Source of the DNA: Macrostomum lignano
Taxonomy: Eukaryota
NCBI GenBank assembly: GCA_002269645.1
Contig: NIVC01002865.1
Coordinates: 1-64,000, forward strand
Length of the DNA: 64,000 nucleotides
Direction of reading: 5' to 3'
Part shown: piece after piece, positions 52,082-62,700 of the stretch
How the letters are laid out: each line of letters starts with the position of its first letter
How positions within the stretch are numbered: position 1 is the first letter of the stretch
Translations under genes and position numbers: made by a program
Notes under the pieces: generated by a model
Database searches by the model: none
Seen by the model: only the letters and a program-made list of their open reading frames with translations
What the model was told of the DNA's origin: nothing

Positions 52082-54027
52082 ATGGTCAAGGGAGACAAGC
52101 GCAAGTGGAAGGAGGGCTTCTTCGATAAGCTGACTACCCTATTGAATGAGTACTCCAAGGCTTTCATTGTTAGCGTGGACAATGTCGGCTCCAAACAGAT
52201 GCAGCAGATCCGACAGTCGATGAGAAACGAAGCGGTGATCCTTATTGGCAAGAACACCATGATAAGGAAAGTGGTCCGAGCCATGCTAGACGATCATCCC
52301 ACTCTGGAGAAGCTGCTGCCTCACGTCCGACTCAATGTTGGCTTCGTGTTCACCAACTTGGATCTGAACGATGTGCGCACAAAGATCGAAGCTAACCAGG
52401 TTGCCGCCCCGGCCAGGGCCGGCTCCATCGCCCCCTGCGATGTAGTTGTGCCAGCTCAGAATACCGGCCTGGGACCGGAGAAGACCAGCTTCTTTCAGGC
52501 CTTGAACATCCAGACTAAGATTACTCGCGGCACTATTGAAATCTTGTCTGACGTGCCGCTGATTAAAAAGAATACAAAGGTAATTTTTTTATTGATTGAT
52601 GCCCTCGCAAAAATGCCCTTACCTACTTACTCTTTTTACAGTAGTAAAATTGGCGTTTTTTGTTGTAAGCTGCACCTCAATCTCAGTTTGTTTGCATACG
52701 CGAGACCCTTGCCAGGCCGATAAAAATTTTGGTTTTCCTCTTGCCCTCTTGTGTCTGACTTTGACCTCTCCTTACTGCTCTCTCATTGGCTGAGCTAGAT
52801 TGGGCCTGCCCCTAGGCTGAGTTTCGTCCGTCTGACTTTGCACTCTCTCCTTACTGCTCTCTCATTGGCTGAGCTAGATTGGGCCTGTCCCCTAGGCTGA
52901 GTTTCGTCCGTCTGACTTTGCACTCTCTCCTTACTGCTCTCTCATTTGCTGAGCTAGATTGGGCCTGCGGCCCTGCCCCTAGGCTGAGTTTCGTCCGTCT
53001 GACTGCACTCTTTACTGCTCTCTCATTGGCTGAGCTAGATTGGGCCTGCGGCCCTGCCCCTAGGCTGAGTTTCGTCCGTCTGACTGCACTCTTTACTGCT
53101 CTCTCATTGGCTGAGCTAGATTGGGCCTGCGGCCCTGCCCCTAGGCTGAGTTTCGTCCGTCTGACTGCACTCTTTACTGCTCTCTCATTGGCTGAGCTAG
53201 ATTGGGCCTGCGGCCCTGCCCCTAGGCTGAGTTTCGTCCGTCTGACTTTGCACTTCCCTCCTGCTGGGCAGAGACGCCAAAAATGGACTTTTTGTAATTC
53301 CTGGCAGTCTCAATCAGCAGGAGGCAGATTAATTAACCAATGCGGAATTTAATCACCGATTTATTTTCTGTTAATTTTGAGTTAATCGGTTTCATGCTTC
53401 CGCAACATTCGAAATTGGCAAATTCTGCTGCAGATATTGTATAAATCAAATTCATGGAAAAAAACTTATTTTATGCTAGCTTACTTGATAATAACGCTAA
53501 CGCTAAGTATGCTAATAACTTTGTTGCATTAGTTTACATACTTTAAATTATAAACCTTACGATATGTACTTTATTAGGTCGGCCAGTCTGAAGCCACCCT
53601 GCTGAACATGCTGAAGATCTCGCCGTTCTCTTACGGCCTGAGGATCCGTCAGGTGTACGACAACGGCAGCGTGTTCGGTCCGCAGGTGCTTGACATCCGC
53701 GACGAGGACATTGTGGCCAGATTCTTGGCCGGCAGCCGCCGAATCGCTGCCCTGTCCCTGCAGCTGGGCACGCCAACTCTGGCTTCCGCTCCGCATTCGA
53801 TTGTCAACGCGTTCAAGCGTTGCCTAGCGGTTGCCGTGGAAACTGACTACGATTTCCCGCTAGCCGATAAGGTCAAGGAGTACATTAAAAATCCTGACAA
53901 GTTTGCTGCGGCTGCCCCGGCTGCTGCCGCCGCCGCCCCAGCCGCTGCCGCCGCTAAGAAAGAAGAAAAGAAGGAGGAAAGCTCCGAGGAGTCCGACGAC
54001 GATATGGGAATGTCGCTGTTCGATTAA
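52082..54027 (+). CDS. RPLP0: 60S acidic ribosomal protein P0 (uL10), 2 coding exons, 315 aa
   Basis: Exons are 52082-52579 and 53578-54027 (phase 0, GT-AG). Motifs: [47 protein letters not shown] and the [13 protein letters not shown] tail. AATAAA is at 54258. Confidence 0.98.
52750..53255. repeat. ~75-84-bp minisatellite, 6-7 copies, in the RPLP0 intron
   Basis: Direct reading. Confidence 0.93.
53256..53410 (+). ncRNA. Box H/ACA snoRNA, copy 1 (intronic in RPLP0); predicted dual guide for LSU rRNA
   Basis: Hairpin, then H box AGATTA (53326), hairpin, then ACA (53405) plus 3 nt. Both pockets are 14 nt from their boxes. They are complementary to the conserved LSU sequences UGAUU-UC-UGCCCAG and GCAUGAA-UG-GAUUAA. 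Confidence 0.9.
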
Positions 54028-54561
54028 CTCTAAAAGCCAGGAATTCCACGCCAAACTGATGGATTTGTTTGCTCTGGGTTGGAACTTTTACTAAAAACTG
54101 GTATCGTTGCTGTCTTCTAGTGTCTGTTTTTGGGTGCCGCGGGCCTGTGCGCCAGCTCACACTGCAGCCCGGGGGGGCGGGTCCGCTGTGGCACTCTGGC
54201 TGATTGATTGATGCCTGAGTAAAATGTTGCTTAAGAAGGAAATGATCACATAACAACAATAAAAAAGATTAAGCGTTGGCTTGCCGACTTTTGTGGTCAA
54301 AAAGTTTTTTGTGGATTGAAAAAGTATAGTCGCGCGTGTTGTCTTGCACTGATTTTATTTTTAACTGCTTGTTAGGTTAAATTTGTCATTTAGATGCTTA
54401 GTAAGTTAGTTGTTTAGTCTTCTAGTAGTTGTTTAGTTAGTTAGCTAGCTAGTCAGTCAGTTAGTTAGCTAGTTAGTCAGCCAGTTAGTTATTTAGTTAG
54501 TTAGTCAGTTTATTCGACACAGCGCTAAACAATAAGAATTGTTTTTAATAGGCTTAACTTT

Positions 54562-54715
54562 GCCTCCTGCTGGGCAGAGACGCCAAAATGGATTTTCTGT
54601 AGTTCCTGGCAGTCCCAATCAGCAGGAGGCAGATTAATTAACCAATGCGGAATTTAATCACCGATTTATTTTCTGTTAATTTTGAGTTAATCGGTTTCAT
54701 GCTTCCATAACATCC
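54562..54715 (+). ncRNA. Box H/ACA snoRNA paralog, copy 2 (slightly degenerate 3' stem)
   Basis: Near-identical to copy 1, with H box at 54631 and ACA at 54710. TTCCATA replaces TTCCGCA. Confidence 0.8.
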
Positions 54716-54902
54716 TAGTTTTTTTTTAAATTAAAAACAAGTTCACGAGACATCCTTAAGTAAAGCTCTTTAAGGGCTCTCAGGTGAACTATAGTCCATT
54801 TAGCCCACTGTACTGTCAAAAATGTTGCCCATCAATATTATAATCTGTAGTTAGTTTGAGACTTCTACAAAGACTAGTCAGTCGGTATAAAACCAGGCAG
54901 CC

Positions 54903-55063
54903 GCCTCCTGCTGGGCAGAGACGCCAAAATGAACTTTCTGTAATTCCTGGCAGCCTCAATCAGCAGGAGGCAGATCAACCTAACTTTAATCGCGGAATTT
55001 AATCACCGATTTATCTTCTGTTAATTGTTGTGAGTTAATCGGTTTCATGCTTCCGCAACAGTG
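54903..55063 (+). ncRNA. Box H/ACA snoRNA paralog, copy 3
   Basis: H box AGATCA at 54972 and ACA at 55058; the guide sequences are intact. Confidence 0.85.
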
Positions 55064-55100
55064 TTGGCGCCCACTAAATATATGCGGTAGAGAATGCAGC

Positions 55101-55635
55101 ACGAGAAGTATTGGTTTTGTCAGCCTAACTGAGAATAAAGCCATCCAAAGTGAGAATCCTTCTGAGCCATGCTAGTCCTGAGCCATATGACTAGCCAATA
55201 GCTTGAACGGAATAACGGAAACAGGAACACACTGGATGATACAGTACAGTAAAGTAAAGAGTTAAAATAGCCGTCCCTCAATGCACTGCCCAAAGAGTCG
55301 TCTGCAATGCAGGTCCCACGCGGCAGCCTTCCCAGCAGTGACTGTGTCGTCAATCGCTTCGCGCGCCTCCCTCTCTAACAGCATGTTCCTGTTTCCGTTA
55401 TTCCGTTCAAGCTATTGGCTAGTCATATGGCTCAGAAGGTATAAAAATAAAAGAATACGACGCATAGACCAATCGATTCTCACATTGGATGGCTTTTTAT
55501 CACTTTGCTTGTCCTTTATAGTCTATGGCCCATAGACTAAGGCTGCACGCAGCCAGGCCCTTCGCAGTCAGCGTAGGCAGGATTCTCACTTTGGATGGCT
55601 TTATTCTCAGTTAGGCTGACAAAAGCAATACTCGT
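55101..55635. repeat. Large imperfect inverted repeat / foldback between snoRNA copies 3 and 4
   Basis: 55101-55160 is the reverse complement of about 55578-55635. About 55170-55232 is the reverse complement of about 55383-55440. Confidence 0.85.
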
Positions 55636-55932
55636 ATTTTATGCAACCAGCTATCTATGGCCAAAACTGCCTGATAGTTAAGCCAAGCAAGTTAGAGACA
55701 GAGAGAGAGAGAGGGAGAAAGAGATCGCTGCAAGGCGCGAGTATCCTTCGTGCAGATGTCTATGGCCGAATTATCAACTTGGTTTCCTTTGTCTATGAAC
55801 AAGACCAAATCTATACTGCTGCTAAATGGGAATTCTCAACGTCTTCCCATCTTGGCAAGCAAAAGAGATATAAACGCACACCTTTGCTAAAACTAAAGCG
55901 AAAACAATTATTGCTGGTATCTTTAAAATTTT

Positions 55933-56083
55933 CCTCCTGCTGGGCAGAGACGCCAAAGGAACTTTTTGTGTTATCTCTGGCAGCCTCAGTCAGCAGGAGG
56001 CAGATTAACTAACCAATGTGGAATTTAATCACCGATTTATCTCTTCAAAGTGAGTTAATCGGTTTCATACGTCCACAACATTG
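55933..56083 (+). ncRNA. Box H/ACA snoRNA paralog, copy 4
   Basis: H box AGATTA at 56002 and ACA at 56078. There is a compensatory stem change, TGTGGA/TCCACA versus TGCGGA/TCCGCA. Confidence 0.82.
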
Positions 56084-56164
56084 TTTTTTTAAGCGTAGTT
56101 ATTATCAATTATTAATTTAGTATGATAATGGTGCTATCGATAAACGAATTGTGTTAATGTATTC

Positions 56165-56785
56165 ATGCAACTAAATCGCTCTTCGACATTCTCGAAGGTC
56201 GCGGTCGCTCTGGCAGCATTTGCCAATCGCCGCAATGGCCACTTTGCAAGGTCCTCTTCTTGCAACTATAGTTTTGGCAAGCGCACCCTCTGTGTAATGG
56301 CTTTAATCAACAATAATACTAATAACAACGCCAATTGTAGTAGTAGTAGCGGCAATAGTTCAGACAAAACCAACGACAAGAAGTTAGGACAGCGCACAAA
56401 TGCCGAATGGAAAGCGCTGCTACCTTTAGACGTTTACCTTGTGACCCGTTGCGGCGATACGGAGCCACCTTATAGCGGCCTGTACACTGACTTCTTTGCT
56501 CCGGGTGTCTACCTGTGCGCCTGCTGCAACGAAGCGCTGTTCTCGTCCGACGCAAAGTTCTCGTCCGCCTGCGGTTGGCCGGCGTTCTTTGACTGTCGCG
56601 ATAGTTCGGTAAAGCGCAAAGCCGACTCAAGTCACGGTATGCAGCGTGTCGAGGTGTTGTGCGCCAATTGCGACGCCCATCTTGGTCACGTGTTCCCGGA
56701 TGGGCCGCCGCCAACTGGGGAACGTTATTGTATTAATAGTCTGGCGTTGGAGTTCCAGCCCGCCAAGAAGCCGGATGCTAGTTGA
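56165..56785 (+). CDS. msrB: Methionine-R-sulfoxide reductase (Cys-type, Zn-binding), intronless, 206 aa
   Basis: Motifs: TEPPYSG, G.YLCACC, LF.SDAKF.SACGWPAF, RVEVLCANCDAHLGHVF.DGP.PTGERYCINS. Confidence 0.96.
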   Translation: MQLNRSSTFSKVAVALAAFANRRNGHFARSSSCNYSFGKRTLCVMALINNNTNNNANCSSSSGNSSDKTNDKKLGQRTNAEWKALLPLDVYLVTRCGDTEPPYSGLYTDFFAPGVYLCACCNEALFSSDAKFSSACGWPAFFDCRDSSVKRKADSSHGMQRVEVLCANCDAHLGHVFPDGPPPTGERYCINSLALEFQPAKKPDAS

Positions 56786-57129
56786 CTTCAGGTGTGTCTG
56801 ACCTACTGTCTTCATCTTGTGCATAGAAATCAGCAAGTTTTTCCTAAATTTCATGCTCATCGGATACTACTATTTTAATAGTCGAAGAATTTTTTTCTTA
56901 TTTTTGTTTAATTTTATTCACTTTACTGTATAACATTGCCTTTCATATTCTATTTTTTCGCTCATCGTTAATTAGTACAATGTTTATTAAAATGTTTACT
57001 AAAATAATTATACGTTTGATAAATATTTGCTTGCATACTTGAGAAAAGCGAGATTATAAAAAATCTATTTTAAAGCTCTTAGACTTGATTCATTTGAGCG
57101 CGGCAAAATTATTTGTTATCAACAAATTA

Positions 57130-57381
57130 CCCAGGATTTGTCAGCAGAGCATTGCCTTGTATGATTTTATTTTTCAATACGCTTCATGGCTGCGTCTGCG
57201 TTACAATTCTGGTAGATTGAAATAAAACCAATTTTCCACGGCCTTGAGCAGTTAATTGGGTGCCAGTGCGAGCACGTCGACTGTCTGCGCTCTCTCTTGC
57301 AGAAGTGTTTATTAGTGCTCATTGAACTTTTGTACTTCACTGGATAAGCCTGCTGCTTAGTAAACAACAGGGCCGACAGAT
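57130..57381 (+). ncRNA. U19/SNORA74/snR191-like H/ACA RNA, copy A
   Basis: The 5' hairpin is CCAGGA-TTTGTCA-GCAG...CTGC-GTTACAA-TTCTGG, with pocket GUCA/GUUAC matching LSU GUAAC-UA-UGAC. The hinge is AGATTG/AAATAA. The 3' domain is closed by CGGCCTT/AGGGCCG and followed by ACA (57376). Confidence 0.75.
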
Positions 57382-57939
57382 AAGTAATATATTGTAGATG
57401 ATCGATTGGGCTTTGGGTTTTTATTTGTAGCTAGTTAGAAACTCTAATTTGGACAAGAAATATTTTGTTTACGAAGCTATACTTGTTTAATTGAATTGAA
57501 TTCTTTCTCCTTGTCTAACCACGCCCAGCGCATATAGCCCGCCTATTAAGCTGTAAAAAGCCCTTGTATAATATGCCACGATAAATGGACAGAGAAGATG
57601 CGCTTTGGCTGGCTGAATACATCACGCGATTGCTTAGGGTTAATTGTTCTGTTCCAATACTCATAGTTGATCTCAGAACACTCGTTTTTAATGCCTCGGC
57701 GTGGGGGTGTCGTTGAGTTTGGAACAATTTAAACTGGATCAAACTAGCTATTAACTAGCAGGTTACTGTTCTCTATACAGTGCTCAGGAGTTCTCGGGTT
57801 GGGCGTATCTAGGTTTTGTTTACTAGCCTATAGGCGTACTTTGACGTCAGTAAATGCTATTCATTTGTGCAAACCTGTGTGTAGTTTAGATATGGTGCAG
57901 TTCGTTAGGATAGAATGCTTTTATTAAAGAATTGGTGCT

Positions 57940-58475
57940 ATGGCTCATTTAGTTAAGATAACGGTGTATTTAGTTAAGCTATGGTTCATTTAGTTAAGAT
58001 AACGGTGTATTTAGTTAAGCTATGGTTCATTTAGTTAAGATAACGGTGTATTTAGTTAAGCTATGGTTCATTTAGTTAAGATAACGGTGTATTTAGTTAA
58101 GCTATGGTTCATTTAGTTAAGATAACGGTGTATTTAGTTAAGCTATGGTTCATTTAGTTAAGATAACGGTGCATTTAGTTAAGATATGGTTCATTTAGTT
58201 AAGATAACGGTGTATTTAGTTAAGATAACGGTGTATTTAGTTAAGATATGGTTCATTTAGTTAAGATAACGGTGTATTTAGTTAAGCTATAGTTCATTTA
58301 GTTAGGATAACGATTCATTTAGTTAAGATAACGGTGCATTTAGTTAAGATAATGAGTCATTTAGTTTTATAACGGTGCATTTAGTTAAGATAACGGTGCA
58401 TTTAGTTAAGATAATGAGTCATTTAGTTTTATAACGGTGCATTTAGTTAAGATAACGGTGCATTTAGTTAGAATA
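57940..58475. repeat. 41-bp heterodimeric minisatellite (21+20 bp units sharing ATTTAGTTAAG)
   Basis: Direct reading. Confidence 0.93.
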
Positions 58476-58617
58476 TAATGCATTAGGATACAATATAATA
58501 CAGTATACTTATTTTAACAAAGTAACTCTATCGTCTGTCTACCGAAAGATCAAACAATCAAAGACTATGAAAACAAATTATAATTAGTAAATTTATATAA
58601 CCTTGCAAAGATTTATA

Positions 58618-58896
58618 ACCAGAACTTTGTCAGCAGGCCATTGCCCTTCATTTATTTGTTGTTTAATTGGCTGCGACTGCGTTACAATTCTGGTAGATTA
58701 TTAAGAGACACGATGTGTTGAGCATTGTTAATCTCTTACGGCCTCGTATCGGACTTGCTTAACTGCCTGTGTGTTTCAGCACCTAGCTTGCACTAGTTAA
58801 GTTGTTGCTCGCACAAAATCTTTGAGCAAAAACTTTTCAAGCTGGATAGTAAATTATAAGTCACTGGCGGTTTTCTAATGTCCTGGGCCGACATAT
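58618..58896 (+). ncRNA. U19/SNORA74/snR191-like H/ACA RNA, copy B
   Basis: Perfect lower stem ACCAGAA/TTCTGGT with the same pocket, 14 nt from H box AGATTA (58695). The 3' domain is closed by CGGCCT/GGGCCG, with ACA at 58891. Confidence 0.8.
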
Positions 58897-59761
58897 TGCA
58901 CATTAAGTACAGATTGCTTTGGTCTAACAATGTGGCTTATTGATTATTTTAACTTGCAGTTTGTTATGAACAAGCCATCAGATGTTCTGAAATTTAGCGT
59001 TGAAAACATTTGGGTAAAGAAGTGAAGCTAAAGTACAAAGTGATCAAAATTCAGTGGTATGCGCATATTTACACAGTTAAAACAAGTAGGTAGATCTTTA
59101 CAGTTGTTGAAATTCTTTTTTGGTCTCTGCTGGCCTGTTCACTTTTTACTGTATGGAAATGCAGCGCACTGTGTGGTTGGCTTCATCAATTCTGGCGCCT
59201 GTGTGGGCCTGCGTGCTTGCCCTTGCCATTTGCCATTATACACAGCTCGATGCAGCTCTCAAGAGGCGAGGCAGTGCGCTCCTCTTCTAGCTAGCCATAG
59301 TTTCGCTCGGCCTTGAGTGCATTGCACTTCATTCTAGTTTTCGTCTTCGCTCTGGATGCTGGAGTCTCTTATTGTTGGTGCTGCATCATCAGGTCTTGAT
59401 TCTCTGCCTGTCTCCTATTCGTCTTCCCCCCTCACTCTCCTTTCCGCAAGCAACCGCAGCCTTGGGCGAGGGTCGCCGCCCTCTCAACCTATCTCGTCCT
59501 AATTCTTTCTCTCCTGTGAGTCCGCCAAGACAATACCTCATCTTTTGCCGCATAAAAACTGCTTTGAGATTGTTTTCTTTCTCTCATACAAGCAGCATAA
59601 TATATATAGAGTTGCTAATTGATAGCAAAACCCTGTGCACTTTAACCTAGCTAAATAGCGTCTGTCACTACTATATCCGTCGGCTATTTCTAACGATTTG
59701 GAAATCATGAACTGATATTGCATCTTAGCAGCTTCATCTTTGTCAACACACACCCGGAGGC

Positions 59762-62700
59762 ATGGAATCTTCAGTAGGCGGCGCTCATTCGGACGCAGAT
59801 TTTCGCAGTCTGTTTAGCATTCCATTGTCCTCGTTGTTCAACTTTCAAAGAAATAATCAGCCACAGCAGGAGGCCCAGCAGCAGCCGCCGCCACAGCCGC
59901 CTGTGCCTCTGATTCCGATGAATGGATTTGACGCGAATTATTTGCACGCACTAAACGATGAGCAGCAGTTACAGTTGCATCAAGATGAAGCTTGGCAATC
60001 TCGGCATCATCACTCGCTTAGTAGGCAGCATCATAGCGTCAGGCATCAACGTCATGCCGCCAACAATGCCCCGTTGAATTATTTCACTAGCCAATCGTCA
60101 GCTGATAGTGCGCATTATTCTGGGTGAGTAGTTCACTCGGTTCTGCTGCCTGCTGGTACTGCGCTTTTCTTGGACAGCTGCAGTTGAAGGATGTGTTCTC
60201 ATGTTTGATAAGAATGTGCTTTCAATCCTTATGTTGAATGGGATTATGTGTCTTAGATTTCTCATATCAATAGGGTTAGATATGTTTTTATGTACTTCCA
60301 ACATAGGGTATGTTCTCATTTTGACACATGCTCTCACATGGAACGTACTAGAAGATCATGTTCTCATGATGGTAGGTTATGTTCATCATACTGGTATGGT
60401 ACTGTAGGTTCTTATGTCACATGTACATATAGTAGGATATGTTCTCCAATTCTTATGCTAGTAAGTTTTGCATAAAATCTACCGAAACCTTCAGCAACGA
60501 AGAGGAGCAGAGCGGCTCTCCACTAATTAAACGGGACGTGAGCACTCCAATTAACCTGTGAGTCTCAATTCAATTGTTGATCTATTATGACCGATTATTC
60601 TGTAAACTTTCCCGACAGTAAACATGCTGCACAATCTCTTTTTTATAATCGAATTTAGCATGGAGTTCGGATTCGAACCCTCGGAGATGGAGATCGACTC
60701 AGAAGAGATGTCCCTGCCTGCCAGTGTGCTCATGTGAGTAGGCTAGATGCTCAAGCAGCGGTCACTGGGAATCTTGGGTAGGCGATTAGGGATGCAGTGA
60801 GTATCAGTGAGCCACTTTGAACAGCCGCTTTTATCAGCGAGTTCTGGCGATTCCCTGATCGCGATTCCTTGATAGGCGATTCCTTGATGGCGATTCCCGG
60901 ATGGCGATTCCCTGATGGCGATTCCTTGATGGCGATTCCCTGATGGCGATTCCCTGATGGCGATTCCCGGATGGCGATTCCCTGATGGCGACTCCCGGAT
61001 GGCGATTCCCTGATGGCGATTCCCGGATGGCGATTCCCTGATGGCGACTCCCGGATGGCGATTCCCTGATGGCGATTCCCTGATGGCGATTCCCTGATGG
61101 CGATTCCTTGATGAGCGATTCCTTGATAGGCGATTCCTTAATGGGCGATTCCTTGACCGCGATTCCTTGATTGGCGATTCCTTAATGGGCGATTTCTTAA
61201 TGGGCGATTCCTTAATCGGAGAGTTCTTGATGGCGACTCCTGCAAGTGTATTTGTAAAATGCAATCACTAGTTTACACATTGCCAGCTATCAAACTGTCT
61301 GTTATAAATCTCCAATTTCTCGCCTGGAAATTTCTCGCCCGCAAAGAAGCGGCCGACCGAACCACAGCGAAGTGGAGAAGCTGCGCCGGGACCGCATGAA
61401 CTCCAGCATCAACGCGATGGCTCGCCTCGTGCCCGCGTGCCGATCGGCCAGCAGGAAGCTGGACAAACTCACGGTGCTGCGCCTGGCCGCCCAGCACATC
61501 AAACTGCTGCGGGCGAGGTCCAGCTCCCTGATGCACACCCCGGCGGATCTGTTCAGCGGCGAGGAGCTGCAGCTGCTGCTGTCGGATGTGAGTCAGCTCA
61601 GTCTCAGAGATTGGGAAATGGAAAACTGGTTGATTGACCAGGCCAATCCGCCCACTGCCTTGTGGACTCCTGAGGGCACCTTGGCACAGACACTGAGACA
61701 GACACTGAGACAGACACTGAGACAGACACTGAGACAGACACTGAGACAGACACTGAGACAGACACTGAGACAGACACCAAGGCAGACACTGAGACAGACA
61801 CTGAGACAGACACTGAGACAGACACTGAGACAGACACTGAGGCAGACACTGAGACAGACACTGAGACAGACACTGAGACAGACACTAAGACAGACACTAA
61901 GACAGACACTGAGGCAGACACCAAGGCAGACACTGAGACAGACACCAAGACAGACACTGAGACAGACACTGAGACAGACACTGAGACAGACACTGAGACA
62001 GACACTGAGACAGACACTGAGACAGACACTGAGACAGACACTGAGGCAGACACCAAGGCAGACACTGAGACAGACACTGAGACAGACACTGAGACAGACA
62101 GACACTGAGACAGACACCAAAACAGACACTAAGGCAGAGACACTGAGGCAACACTGAGACATACATTAATACAGGCAATAGAAATCGCCCCCCCCCCTAT
62201 ACAGCAAAAGTCAACCTGACCCCTCCATTGTTTCGCAGAAGTCCTCCCTGCAAGGCTTCCTACTGGTAGTCGAGTGCGACAGAGGCAGAATACTCGGCGC
62301 CGCTAACTGCAGCAATAACGGAATTCTCGGCGCCACCGTCAACTCGGTAGGTTTTTCGACTCTCTCCTATATATTCAATTAAATTGCTTGAAAGACAGTA
62401 TATCACGTGACTACAGCCAGTCGCCTACCACCTTCCAACGCTTTCGCTGTCCAATAAATAAGCTTCAATCATGTCACGTGACTTAGCCAGTCGCCCACCT
62501 CCCTCCAACGCTTTCGCTGTCCAATAAATAAGCTTCAATCATGTCACGTGACTTAGCCAGTCGCCCACCTCCCTCCAACGCTTTCGCTGTCCAATAAATA
62601 AGCTTCAATCATGTCACGTGACTTAGCCAGTCGCCCACCTCCCTCCAACGCTTTCGCTGTCCAATAAATAAGCTTCAATCATGTCACGTGACTTAGCCAG

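Noticed and set aside
52750-53255. Hammerhead ribozyme in the RPLP0 intronic repeat (minus strand has GGACGAAAC)
   Set aside because: There is no CUGAUGA core (the nearest is CCAAUGA), and stems I-III cannot be built.
55064-55075. tRNA-Lys primer-binding site (TGGCGCCCA)
   Set aside because: It is only a 9-nt match, with no LTR or retroelement ORF nearby.
61588-62157. QTLR-repeat extension of the bHLH protein
   Set aside because: A GTGAGT donor at 61588 splices in phase to PAS-A at 62239, so the repeat is intronic.
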